DNA of 40,277 bases. Origin: a virus. Lineage: Duplodnaviria; Caudoviricetes. Positions within the stretch are counted from its first letter, which is position 1. Every line of letters begins with the position of its first letter. A program made the position numbers and the translations under genes. Below, piece after piece: positions 16,363-25,884 of this stretch. The stretch is taken from IMG/VR virus record IMGVR_UViG_3300042972_000028, positions 1 through 40,277 of that record; one strand, 5' to 3'. The notes beneath the pieces were generated by a model. That model did no database searches and had not been told where the DNA came from. It was given only the letters and a program-made list of their open reading frames with translations.

Positions 16363-17178
16363 ATGGTTAAGTCTATCTGTATTGATTGTGGTTGTCAGAT
16401 TATTTCTGAATGGTATTGTAAAAGATGTAAACCGTGCAATAAAAAGCATCAGATTTCGTATATGAAGGCATATAACGCCAAGCATTACAAGCCGATCAGG
16501 AAAGTTTCAATTATTCGTGTTTGCGCTTTTTGTGGCGTTGAGTTTACAACCTTGAGTTGCAGTCATCAGAAGTTTTGCTCTAGAAAATGCCGGATAGACG
16601 AATGTACTGCTAGGCGCTCTGCGAGAGCGAAGGCTAGAAGGGACTCCAGTACAAAGGTTTGCCCTGAATGCGGAATCGAGTTCATTGCGAAGAATACCAC
16701 CAAGCAGAAATATTGCTCTTCCTGGTGCATGGAAAAGCATAATGGCAAAGACAGCAAGACGAAGATTTGCTCCGAGGGCGGATGCTGCCGTCACGTTCGT
16801 GCGCGTGGCATGTGCAATATGCATTACAAGCGTCTTCTTCGCGCTGAAGGAAAATTGCGGGATCCTTGGGACGAGCGGAGGCGCAAGAACTACGAGAAGC
16901 GCCGGGCACGCAAGAATTCGAATGGACCTGTCGAAGATTTCACTAACTTGGATATCTACGAGCGCGATAAGTGGCATTGCGGTATCTGTGGCCTGAAGGT
17001 AGATGAAGACCTTGCCTATCCCGACCCGATGTCCGCGAGCCTTGACCATATCGTTCCGTTGTCAAAAGGCGGTATGCATACTCGCAAGAATGTTCAATTG
17101 GCGCATTTGCGTTGCAATGTGTCCAAAGGTGACAAGATATTAAACCCGCAGCGTTCTCTTCTGGATATCGCTGTGTAG
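16363..17178 (+). CDS. Free-standing HNH endonuclease with repeated Zn-finger domains
   Basis: CxxCG.EF...K(F/Y)CSxxC repeats; RD.W.C..C...DHIVPLSKGG.H...N.Q..H..CN..K. Confidence 0.9.
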   Translation: MVKSICIDCGCQIISEWYCKRCKPCNKKHQISYMKAYNAKHYKPIRKVSIIRVCAFCGVEFTTLSCSHQKFCSRKCRIDECTARRSARAKARRDSSTKVCPECGIEFIAKNTTKQKYCSSWCMEKHNGKDSKTKICSEGGCCRHVRARGMCNMHYKRLLRAEGKLRDPWDERRRKNYEKRRARKNSNGPVEDFTNLDIYERDKWHCGICGLKVDEDLAYPDPMSASLDHIVPLSKGGMHTRKNVQLAHLRCNVSKGDKILNPQRSLLDIAV

Positions 17179-17193
17179 ATTGTGGGGTGCGTG

Positions 17194-17742
17194 ATGCCTG
17201 TTGGTAGCCCTCGGCCTGCGGGCGGTCGCATGCCTGACCCTTCGTCGGAGCGTTTTCAGTCGAGGGCGCAGGGCTTGTTCGCCTTGCCTGCGAGCGGATA
17301 TAAGCGGAATCATCCGAAGTTCCCCTTGCCGAAATACGTGGTTTGGGACGTCTGGAAGGATGAAGAGGGAACGCACAAGGAGCATGACGACTCCGGCAGC
17401 GATGCGTGGAATGACCGCGAGAAGCAGGTATGGGACACGTTGTGGCGTCTTCCTCAAGGCTTCGCGTGGTCGCGTCCTAAATATGCGTACTTGCAGGTGA
17501 CGTTGGCGCAGTATGTGCGGCAGTATGTGCTTTGCGAGTCCGGCGAGGCTAAGGCCGCTGACCGGACGGCGTTGTGTCGATTCGCGGATACTGTGGGCCT
17601 TACCCCTCAAGGGCTGCGTATCAATGGCTGGACAATTCTGGACGATGCGGCGAAGCCGAAGCGTCCGAAGGGGCGCAAGGCTGATTCGAAGATCGTGGCG
17701 TTTCCGTCGTCGCGCGACCGGTATGCTGATTTGGAGCTGTGA
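17194..17742 (+). CDS. terS: Terminase small subunit
   Basis: Directly upstream of TerL; W..LW..PQ..AW and GLTP.G...W motifs. Confidence 0.8.
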   Translation: MPVGSPRPAGGRMPDPSSERFQSRAQGLFALPASGYKRNHPKFPLPKYVVWDVWKDEEGTHKEHDDSGSDAWNDREKQVWDTLWRLPQGFAWSRPKYAYLQVTLAQYVRQYVLCESGEAKAADRTALCRFADTVGLTPQGLRINGWTILDDAAKPKRPKGRKADSKIVAFPSSRDRYADLEL

Positions 17743-19394
17743 TGATTTCCTCGCTGGGCTTCCTGCTGATCGACTGGGTTGCCGCGCACTGCGTGGTGCC
17801 TGCTGGCTTCGATCTCAATGCGCCGTTCGTCATGACGGGATGGCAGGCGAGGAATGCGATTGACTTCTACCGCGTGAAGCCGGATGTGGCGTTCAATGCG
17901 TCGCGTCCGGCGCAGGCGGCGGCTTTCAAATGGCGGCGCGGGCAGATCGTGGGCGGGCAGAAGCTCGGCAAGTCGCCGTTCGGCGCTGCCGTGGTGTGTT
18001 TCGAGGCGGTTGGCCCGTGCGTGTTCGCCGGGTATGCGAAGGGCGGTGAGACGTTCCGGTGCGAGGATTGGGGCTGCTCGTGCGGCTTCGAGTACGAGTA
18101 TCGCGCGGGCGAGCCGATGGGCATGCCGAGGCGCACCGCGCTCGTCCAATTGTTCGCGAATTCTGAGGAGCAGACGGCGAACGTGTACAGGCCGTTGCAG
18201 ACGATGATACGCAACGGGAATCTGGATGACCTGATGGCGGTGCGCGAGGGGTTCATCCGGCTGCCGAACGGGGGGCGCATCGACCCGGTGACGTCTTCGG
18301 CGAAGTCGAAGCTGGGCAACCCGGTGAACTTCGCATTGCTGGACGAGTCGGGCGTGTACACGAAGCGTTCGGGAATGTTCGAGGTCGCCGACACGGTGCT
18401 TCGCGGCGTCTCCGGCATGGACGGGCGGATGCTCGAGCTGACGAACCCGTGGGACCCCATGGACGCCACGTTCGGGCAGGCCACCTACGAGTCGCGCTCG
18501 GACGACATCATGAAGTACTTCCCTAGGCATGATCCGGAACTGGATTTCATGGATGACGCCGACCGGCGCAAGATTCTCGAATTCGTGTACGACGGCAGCC
18601 CGTGGGTGAATATCGATCAGATCGAGAAGACCTGTTCGGAGCTGCTTCAGCGCGATCCGGCGCAGGCGCGAAGGTTTTTCGGCTGCGAGCTGGTGCAGGG
18701 CCTCGGCTCCTACATGCCCGAGGCGTTGTATGACGCGACCGCGAGCGACCGCGTGCCGCCGTCGTCCGGCGTTGAGATTTGTCTGGGCTTCGATGGCTCG
18801 CAGTCCGGTGATTGGACGGCGCTTCGCGCGGAGAGCGTGGATGGCTACCGGTGGACGCCGACGTATGGGCCTGCGAAACGGCCCGCGTTCTGGAATCCGA
18901 AGGAGTGGGAAGGCCGTATTCCTCGCAGCGAGGTGGATGCTTGCGTTTCCGAGCTGTTCGACCACTACAAAGTGCAGAGATTCTACTGCGATCCGCACCC
19001 TTGGGAGACGCAGGTGGACGCATGGAGCGAACGTTATGGGGAGGATGTGGTCGTGCAATGGCCTACCAACCAGCCTGGTCGCATGTATAACGCTCTCGTC
19101 CGTTTCCGTGAGGATACAGCAGATAAGACCACATCCCATAGTCCAGATTTGACCGCCAAACTACACATGATGGCGGCTCGAATGGTGGCTAAACCCGGTG
19201 ACCGGTTTGTGCTTGGTAAACCTTCTGAGAATCAGAAGATTGATATTTCTATGGCTGACATTCTTGCCCACGAGGCCGCATGTGACATGCGCGCACTTGG
19301 TTGGGGAATGAATAGCAGCAAAGTTTTCTTACTCGGACAAACGAATACGTTAGGAGGATCCTATGGCGGCAGTAATGGAGTTGTCTTCGGATGA
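17739..19394 (+). CDS. terL: Terminase large subunit
   Basis: GQKLGKS Walker A, ALLDE Walker B, LGFDGS...D nuclease, KID. Confidence 0.93.
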   Translation: MMISSLGFLLIDWVAAHCVVPAGFDLNAPFVMTGWQARNAIDFYRVKPDVAFNASRPAQAAAFKWRRGQIVGGQKLGKSPFGAAVVCFEAVGPCVFAGYAKGGETFRCEDWGCSCGFEYEYRAGEPMGMPRRTALVQLFANSEEQTANVYRPLQTMIRNGNLDDLMAVREGFIRLPNGGRIDPVTSSAKSKLGNPVNFALLDESGVYTKRSGMFEVADTVLRGVSGMDGRMLELTNPWDPMDATFGQATYESRSDDIMKYFPRHDPELDFMDDADRRKILEFVYDGSPWVNIDQIEKTCSELLQRDPAQARRFFGCELVQGLGSYMPEALYDATASDRVPPSSGVEICLGFDGSQSGDWTALRAESVDGYRWTPTYGPAKRPAFWNPKEWEGRIPRSEVDACVSELFDHYKVQRFYCDPHPWETQVDAWSERYGEDVVVQWPTNQPGRMYNALVRFREDTADKTTSHSPDLTAKLHMMAARMVAKPGDRFVLGKPSENQKIDISMADILAHEAACDMRALGWGMNSSKVFLLGQTNTLGGSYGGSNGVVFG

Positions 19395-20832
19395 ATCCGC
19401 AATGGTGCGTCACCTGTACACTCGCTTGCAGCGTTTACGTAAGATCCACGAGGATCTCGATCACTACTATCGCGGCGAGCAGCGTATCCAGACGATAGGG
19501 CTCGCCGTTCCTCCCGAGCTTCGCGTGTTCGAATTCCCATTGAATTGGCCTCGGGTGACGGTGGATACCGTAGTGCAACGCCAGCGTGTACGCTCTTTCA
19601 GCCTTCCTGATGATCCCGATTCCAATAATTACCTTTCCGAGGTGTGGGAATCGAACAACATGGATTCCCAGAGTGTGCTGAACCACCTCGAAACGCGCGT
19701 GCAAGGGCATGGCTTCGTTTCTGTGGGAACCAATGAGGACGATAAAGAGCACCCTCTAATCACGGTTGAATCGTCGCGGTCCATGATTGCAGAAATCGAC
19801 CCTCGCACACGCAGGATCACTGCTGCGCTCAGAATCTACTATGATCCGCTGCAACGTGCCGCACCCACCGAAGCGACGCTGTACCTACCTGATTCGACTA
19901 TTTACCTGGAGCGTGTCAAGGGATGGCAATGGGCAATCAGTGATCGCGATGATCACGGTTTGCATCGTGTCCCGGTCGTGCAGTTCCTGAATCGGCCTCG
20001 GGTTGGCAACTTTGTGGGCGAATCGGAGATGAAGGATGTGCTCAAGCCCACGGACATGGCTGCTCGAGCGCTCATGGATTTGCAGGTTGCGATGGAAACC
20101 CACGCAGTGCCCGGTAAGTGGGCCACAGGCGTGAACAAGGATGACTTCATCGATGCAGAGACCGGCAAGATGGCGGCTTCATGGCAGGCGTATTACACGG
20201 CGATGACCGTGACACAGAGTCAAACTGCAAAATTCGGTCAGTTCCAGGCTTCTGAGCTTACGAACTTCAAGACGGTGATTGACATGCTTGCTGAGCAGGT
20301 GAGCTCCGTGACCGGTCTGCCTATGCGATATTTCGGGCAGAATACAGCCAACCCGGCAGCCGAGGGTGCGATTCGTGCCGATGAGGTGCGGTTGGTGAAG
20401 AACGTCGAGTTGAAGAACATGACCGATGGAGACTGTTGGGCAGACGTGATGGCACTGGCATACCGGTTCGGCAAAGGCGAGTGGCTTGATGGCAATCGTA
20501 TCCGCACCGATTGGGACGATCCGAACACCCCCACGTTCTCGCAGAAGGCTGATGCCATACAGAAACTCGTAGCATCAGGGATTCTCAGCCGTGAGGGTGC
20601 TTGGGACGAGATGGGCTGGTCTCAGGCCCGCAAAGATCTGGAACGGCAGCGATTCGATGAAACCGATGCAGCTCAATGGGAAAGCCTGTTGAAACCGGAG
20701 GCCACGAATGCAGACGATGGCGGGACAGGAAATGCCCAAGCTGGCGGTAATACAGGGCAAACACCTGCGGACGGTCAGCAACAGGGCAGTGATGCAAGTC
20801 ATACAAGCCTGGCGGCAAAACCGGTCCGATGA
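19363..20832 (+). CDS. Portal protein (SPP1 gp6-like)
   Basis: YYRGEQ, NWPRVTVD, VPVVQF.NR...GESE; synteny. Confidence 0.92.
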   Translation: MAAVMELSSDESAMVRHLYTRLQRLRKIHEDLDHYYRGEQRIQTIGLAVPPELRVFEFPLNWPRVTVDTVVQRQRVRSFSLPDDPDSNNYLSEVWESNNMDSQSVLNHLETRVQGHGFVSVGTNEDDKEHPLITVESSRSMIAEIDPRTRRITAALRIYYDPLQRAAPTEATLYLPDSTIYLERVKGWQWAISDRDDHGLHRVPVVQFLNRPRVGNFVGESEMKDVLKPTDMAARALMDLQVAMETHAVPGKWATGVNKDDFIDAETGKMAASWQAYYTAMTVTQSQTAKFGQFQASELTNFKTVIDMLAEQVSSVTGLPMRYFGQNTANPAAEGAIRADEVRLVKNVELKNMTDGDCWADVMALAYRFGKGEWLDGNRIRTDWDDPNTPTFSQKADAIQKLVASGILSREGAWDEMGWSQARKDLERQRFDETDAAQWESLLKPEATNADDGGTGNAQAGGNTGQTPADGQQQGSDASHTSLAAKPVR

Positions 20833-21730
20833 CTTCGACCAGGCTTACGCGGATGCCTATGCGCCCATGCTATCCGCACTGGATTCAGCGCAACGGGACG
20901 TGGCCGACTACATGGCGGAAACCACGCCCGACGTGATGCGAAGCCTGGGAAGCCGCAACCTTGACTCCCCGGAATTCACCGTCAACACCACTCAGCTGGT
21001 CGGGTGGGCCGGTAACGGGCAGAACACTTTCGATAACCTGTGGAGCAGTGTTCTGCTCGGCAAACAGTCGATAGCAGACGGCGTATCGACGAACATGGCG
21101 CTCACCATAATAGAGAACAGTCTGGCGCTCCGATCTCGCACGATCCTCGCGGATACGGCGCGGGCATCTTCGCTGCTGTCTGCGAAGTCTCACAGTTTCG
21201 CCGCACATTATGTGCGCATGCTGACACCCCCGTCCTGCGGACGTTGTGCGATTCTCGCGGGGATGCCCTCAGGCAGGAAAGCGTTCGAACGGCATCCGCA
21301 TTGCGATTGCGTGGCGGCGTGGAGCACTGATGAACGTTCTCTGGCCAAGCATTATGCGAATGCCACGGACTATCTGAACTCGCTGAGTTCGCAAGACCTG
21401 GCAAAGACCCTGGGGTCTCAAGCCAACGCCCAAGCGTGGAAAGACGGAGCGGACCTCAACCAACTGGTGAACGCTTACCGCAGGAGCGGCAGTGTGCGGC
21501 CCGCGCAGTTGTACGGCAGAACCATCAAATACACGTCTGATGGAACCACGAAGCGAGGCTGGGCGTATTCCCGTATGAAACAGGCCGGATATGTCAAAGG
21601 GCATGTGAAATACGGGTCGAAATACTGGCGAGCGGACCGGCCCAGATTGATGCCTGAAAGCATCTACCAGATCGCAGGCAGTGACCATGCCAAAGCGATG
21701 AGACTGCTCGACAATTACGGGTGGCTGTAA
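20708..21730 (+). CDS. MuF-like minor head protein
   Basis: SCGRCAILAG...HPHCDC; synteny; start uncertain (overlaps portal end). Confidence 0.75.
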   Translation: MQTMAGQEMPKLAVIQGKHLRTVSNRAVMQVIQAWRQNRSDDFDQAYADAYAPMLSALDSAQRDVADYMAETTPDVMRSLGSRNLDSPEFTVNTTQLVGWAGNGQNTFDNLWSSVLLGKQSIADGVSTNMALTIIENSLALRSRTILADTARASSLLSAKSHSFAAHYVRMLTPPSCGRCAILAGMPSGRKAFERHPHCDCVAAWSTDERSLAKHYANATDYLNSLSSQDLAKTLGSQANAQAWKDGADLNQLVNAYRRSGSVRPAQLYGRTIKYTSDGTTKRGWAYSRMKQAGYVKGHVKYGSKYWRADRPRLMPESIYQIAGSDHAKAMRLLDNYGWL

Positions 21731-21815
21731 ACAGCCTCTCTTATCTAATTTTTACCGCTCGTGCGATGCGAGTGGCTTTTGCCATGCGATGTGGCGCAAT
21801 CAACAAGGAGAAACT

Positions 21816-22367
21816 ATGCATACACGTTGGAACTTTCTTCGGCATGTTCGCATGATCGTCGCTGATGGCGGCGAAGGCAGCGGAACAGACAGCGGTCAGG
21901 GCGATCCTGAACCAAAGCCGGATGAAAACCACGCAGAACAGCAGGGCGTCGAGTCCGAGAAACTTGGCGAGAACGGTCTTAGGGCTTTGAAGGCCGAACG
22001 TGAGGCGAACAAGGCCGCGAAAGCCAAGCTTGCCGAATACGAGGCTCAGATCCAAGCGTTCAAGGACAAAGACAAGACCGAATCCGAGAAGGAAGCCGAA
22101 CGGTTGCAGGCATTGGAGAAATCCAATTCCGAGAACGCTCGAAAGGCCTTGCAATATGAGGTTGCGGCGGAGAAAGGTATCCCCTTGAAGCTCGCCGCAC
22201 GACTTCATGGTGCGGACAAGGATGCCATGCTCGCTGATGCAGATGAACTTCTCCCGTTGATTCAGCAAACCAAGCCGAACATTCCCAAGCCCGACAAGAG
22301 CCAGGGCAGAGGCGGCAAGCCAAAGCCTGCGTCACTGTCTGCGGCGATTGCTGGACATCTGAAATAA
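21816..22367 (+). CDS. Head scaffolding protein
   Basis: AAGGAG SD; acidic N-terminus, charged coiled coil, before capsid. Confidence 0.85.
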   Translation: MHTRWNFLRHVRMIVADGGEGSGTDSGQGDPEPKPDENHAEQQGVESEKLGENGLRALKAEREANKAAKAKLAEYEAQIQAFKDKDKTESEKEAERLQALEKSNSENARKALQYEVAAEKGIPLKLAARLHGADKDAMLADADELLPLIQQTKPNIPKPDKSQGRGGKPKPASLSAAIAGHLK

Positions 22368-22385
22368 CCCTTAAGGAGGGTAAAC

Positions 22386-23357
22386 ATGGCAGTAACACTG
22401 GCGGAAGCCAAAAACAATGCGTTGGAAGACTATGACCCGATGGTCATCGACGAGTTCCGCAAGAACTCGGAAATCCTCGACTCCCTCATCTTCGACGATG
22501 TGGTGAATCCCGCTGGCGGCGGTGCGACGCTCACCTACTCATACCGCCGTCTCGCAACCCAGCCGACCGCCGCTTTCCGTGCGATCAACAGCGAGTACAC
22601 CCCGCAGGAAGTCACCACGCAGAAGTTTTCCGTCGATCTGGCGGTTCTCGGTGGCAGCTTCGAAGTTGACCGCGTGCTCGCAAACCTTGGACCGGAGGCT
22701 TCCGGCTCCATCGCCTTGAACATCACCCAGAAGGTCAAGGCTGCAACCACCTTGTTCCAGGACACTATCATCAACGGTGACACCGCCACTGATGCGAACG
22801 CGTTCGATGGTCTGGACAAGGCGCTGACCGGTTCAAGCACCGAGGATGCAACTTCCATGCCTGACTGGACAGACGTTTCCGACAATGGGTTCAAGATCCT
22901 TGATTCACTTGATTCGTTCTTGAGTCTGCTCGACGGTGACCCAACAGTTCTCGTTGGCAATGCGAAGGCGTTGGCGAAGATTCGTGCGGCAGCACGTCGC
23001 ACCAGCCAGTATGTGAAGGATCCCATCGAGGATCTCCTCGGCGCGAACGGCCGCCCTATCACCCGTGAGACCTACGGCAACATTCTGCTCGTGGATGCAG
23101 GTGCTAAGGCAGGCACCAACGATCCGATCATTCCAGTGGACTCCACTACCGGTACGTCGGACGTGTACGCATACCGTGTCGGACTTGACGGCTTCCATGG
23201 CGTCTCCGTTTCTGGCGGTCAGCTTGTACAGACATGGCTCCCGGACTTCACCACCGCCGATGCGGTGAAGAAGGGCGAGGTCGAACTTGGCCCCATCGCC
23301 GTCGCGCTGAAGGCCACCAAGGCAGCAGCCGTCCTTCGCGGGGTGAAGGTGCAATGA
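22386..23357 (+). CDS. Major capsid protein
   Basis: AAGGAGG SD; FRAIN.EY, INGD...FDGL; synteny. Confidence 0.92.
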   Translation: MAVTLAEAKNNALEDYDPMVIDEFRKNSEILDSLIFDDVVNPAGGGATLTYSYRRLATQPTAAFRAINSEYTPQEVTTQKFSVDLAVLGGSFEVDRVLANLGPEASGSIALNITQKVKAATTLFQDTIINGDTATDANAFDGLDKALTGSSTEDATSMPDWTDVSDNGFKILDSLDSFLSLLDGDPTVLVGNAKALAKIRAAARRTSQYVKDPIEDLLGANGRPITRETYGNILLVDAGAKAGTNDPIIPVDSTTGTSDVYAYRVGLDGFHGVSVSGGQLVQTWLPDFTTADAVKKGEVELGPIAVALKATKAAAVLRGVKVQ

Positions 23358-23530
23358 GCTGGACAGTGAAGACCCCGGTCAAGGGCTTCACCGGTGACGT
23401 CGCAGGTGTTGATTTCCACAACGGTATCGGCACCTGCGATTCCGACATCTCGTACTTCCAACGTCATGGATACGAGATTACGGAAGACAAGCCAGCAAAG
23501 CCAAAGTCAACAGCCACAGCGAAAAAGTGA
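23354..23530 (+). CDS. Small post-capsid protein
   Basis: ATGA coupling; GVDF.NG.G...YFQRHGY. Confidence 0.75.
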   Translation: MSWTVKTPVKGFTGDVAGVDFHNGIGTCDSDISYFQRHGYEITEDKPAKPKSTATAKK

Positions 23531-23537
23531 GGTAGCC

Positions 23538-23984
23538 ATGCCTGACGATTCACAGGTGGCCAAATACGCGACGATCTCCGATGTTGCCGATGAATTAGGC
23601 GAAGATATCGTCGAAGAAAGCGCACGGGGGAAACAGATTCAACGGTGGCTCAACAGGGCTGAGCGCAATATCCGTGCCCGAGTGACCGAATTGGATAATT
23701 GGGCTGCTGCCGATGCTGATTACAAGGCGTCTGTGAACGACGTGGAAGTTTCGGCAGTGGAACGTAAAGCGCGGAACCCCGATGGTATGCGATCCATGAT
23801 GACACAGATCGATGACGGCAACTTCCAGCAAACCGTGGATAACTCACGATCTACTGGTGAGATCGTCATACTCGACTCCGAGTGGTCCATACTGTTGAAA
23901 AGCGCTTCCACCACGGCGTTCAGTGTCATCGCGCAGGCTCAACCGGACGCCTTCCCCTTGCCCTCATACCCCTACGGCTATTAG
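23538..23984 (+). CDS. Head-to-tail adaptor
   Basis: YAT..DV...L, RNPDG, IDD motifs; synteny. Confidence 0.8.
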   Translation: MPDDSQVAKYATISDVADELGEDIVEESARGKQIQRWLNRAERNIRARVTELDNWAAADADYKASVNDVEVSAVERKARNPDGMRSMMTQIDDGNFQQTVDNSRSTGEIVILDSEWSILLKSASTTAFSVIAQAQPDAFPLPSYPYGY

Positions 23985-23993
23985 GAGGTCATC

Positions 23994-24431
23994 ATGGATG
24001 TGCTGAGCATGGTGCAGACTGCGTTGCCGCGACTTCGTGAACAGGCTGATCGGCTCATGACCGATCGCTTCAGCATCCAGAGATACACCGGCAAAACGGT
24101 CACCGACCCTGATACGGGGGTGGATACGCCGGAAGTGCTGCCGGTGGCCGAGACCATCGGCAAGGTGCAGACCTCGGGGGGCATCGCCTCCCAGGTGGTC
24201 ACCGCGTCCGGTGACAGCAGCAACGTGGGCGGCAACGTGCCCGTATGGAGCCTGTACCTGCATTTCCCCGCATCTCTCACCGGACTCAAGGAGAAGGACG
24301 TGGCGGTATGCACCGCCTCGGACGATCCCGACCTGATAGGCAGGAAATTTCGGCTAGTAAATCTGCAATCTGAGAAATCGCATGCCACTGCCAGACGGTG
24401 GAACGTCCAGGAGATGCCGGAAGGAGATTGA
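23994..24431 (+). CDS. Head closure/stopper protein
   Basis: A..LMTD...DPDTG...HATARR; synteny. Confidence 0.75.
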   Translation: MDVLSMVQTALPRLREQADRLMTDRFSIQRYTGKTVTDPDTGVDTPEVLPVAETIGKVQTSGGIASQVVTASGDSSNVGGNVPVWSLYLHFPASLTGLKEKDVAVCTASDDPDLIGRKFRLVNLQSEKSHATARRWNVQEMPEGD

Positions 24432-24432
24432 C

Positions 24433-24804
24433 ATGGCCATGATTGACGTATCCCAAGTGAACGCGCTCGCTCAAAAGCTCGCGGCGGCCCCGTTGAAGAA
24501 GCAGGCTTTGGTCGCGGCGGCGGTGAAGAAGGGCGCGCAGAACATCAAGGAAGCGATCCAAGAGGATGTGCAGGGGTCATCCAACAAGGCCATCCGCCGC
24601 ATTCCCATCGCCTATGAGATGAAAGCCGAGAGCACGCGCATCGAGGCTGACATCGGACCCCGCAAGGAAGGTGCCGGCAATCTCGCCAACATCGCCTTCT
24701 TCGGCACCGAACGCGGCGGTGGCACGCACAAGTTCTACGGGCATGGTGAGGACGAGCTTCCGACAGCCGCCGATTACGTGCGCAAGGCGGCTGAAGGCCT
24801 ATGA
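24433..24804 (+). CDS. Neck / tail completion protein (HK97 gp10-like)
   Basis: IGP...FFGT motif; synteny. Confidence 0.7.
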   Translation: MAMIDVSQVNALAQKLAAAPLKKQALVAAAVKKGAQNIKEAIQEDVQGSSNKAIRRIPIAYEMKAESTRIEADIGPRKEGAGNLANIAFFGTERGGGTHKFYGHGEDELPTAADYVRKAAEGL

Positions 24805-25196
24805 CCTCGTACTCCCAAGCCCGTGCCGCAATTATCTCGCTTATCCCCGCGCTCACAGGATGGACCGTGTATATGGATGGCATAGCCACGGGGAAGAAAC
24901 CCCCATGGATTGTGGTCAGCCTCTCGGAGAACGGGCGTGAGCATACCGAGGGGCTGGCGACCACGAATCATCTCGCCACGCTGGACGTGCGCGTGGTGAG
25001 TACGTCGGAGACCAGCATCGGCGTCATCTGCGACAAGCTGACCTCAGCGCTGGATGGGGCCTCGCCCGGCGGCGGTGTGGGGTCTCTGGTCCCTGACATC
25101 GACTCAGGGGTGTATGCGTCCGAACTCATCGACCCGGACACCTCCGTACCGTTCCTGATGCGCGTGCTCACCTGGCGCACCGGATGGCCCGCCTGA
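24801..25196 (+). CDS. Tail terminator protein
   Basis: VY.DG...PPWIVV; precedes major tail gene. Confidence 0.7.
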   Translation: MTSYSQARAAIISLIPALTGWTVYMDGIATGKKPPWIVVSLSENGREHTEGLATTNHLATLDVRVVSTSETSIGVICDKLTSALDGASPGGGVGSLVPDIDSGVYASELIDPDTSVPFLMRVLTWRTGWPA

Positions 25197-25217
25197 CACA
25201 ACACAATCAACAATTTC

Positions 25218-25246
25218 AAGCCTTGGTATCACGCCAGGGCTTTTTT
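25218..25246 (+). terminator. Intrinsic terminator
   Basis: AAGCCTTGG-TATCACG-CCAGGGC + T6. Confidence 0.7.
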
Positions 25247-25270
25247 CATACCCAAATTAAGGAGTAACAC

Positions 25271-25783
25271 ATGGCATTGCCCAAGGCATCCCTCGAAGAT
25301 GGCAAGTTCCTCACCGTGTTCGTGCCGACTATCGCCGACATCACCACACCCACCGTGGCCGAACTCACAACCCCACTGGTGGCGTTGTCGGATTACCTGG
25401 TAGCCGACGGTTTCAAAATCACCCACTCGCAGGATTTCGCCGATGATGACCGCGAGGCATCACCTGCTGTCGGCCAGATTCCAGGCCAGGAGAAATACAC
25501 GGACGGCTCCCTGCAGGTGATCGACAACACCAACATCTCAGATGAGGAGAATGTGGCGGTCGAGAAACTCACCAAGGGGATGAAGGGATATATCGTGCGC
25601 CGTCGCGGCAGGGACAACAAGGAACCCTTCGCCGCTGGCGACATCGTATCCGTGTACGCGGTCACCATCGGCATCAAGACCCCTGTAGCCCATGCTGCGA
25701 ACGCACGTCAGATGAGCACCATCAGCTATTCGGCGGACCCCAGCTCGCAGGATGAGACCGCCACGGTTTCTGCCGGAGCCTGA
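25271..25783 (+). CDS. Major tail (tube) protein
   Basis: FVPTIAD...PTVAEL...GYIV.RRG; AAGGAG SD; synteny. Confidence 0.88.
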   Translation: MALPKASLEDGKFLTVFVPTIADITTPTVAELTTPLVALSDYLVADGFKITHSQDFADDDREASPAVGQIPGQEKYTDGSLQVIDNTNISDEENVAVEKLTKGMKGYIVRRRGRDNKEPFAAGDIVSVYAVTIGIKTPVAHAANARQMSTISYSADPSSQDETATVSAGA

Positions 25784-25794
25784 CCTTTGATTCC

Positions 25795-25840
25795 CTTGCC
25801 TGTGTGCGCTGGGTCGCTCCCGCATTCAGGCAAGCTTTTT
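25795..25840 (+). terminator. Long hairpin plus T run after major tail gene
   Basis: CTTGCCTG...CAGGCAAG-CTTTTT. Confidence 0.55.
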
Positions 25841-25884
25841 ACTTCTTCCTCTGGTAGCGGCCGCATATCTTTAGGAGCGACAAA

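Noticed and set aside
17607-19139. 510 aa minus-strand ORF
   Set aside because: Antisense shadow of the GC-rich terminase gene; Arg-rich, no motifs
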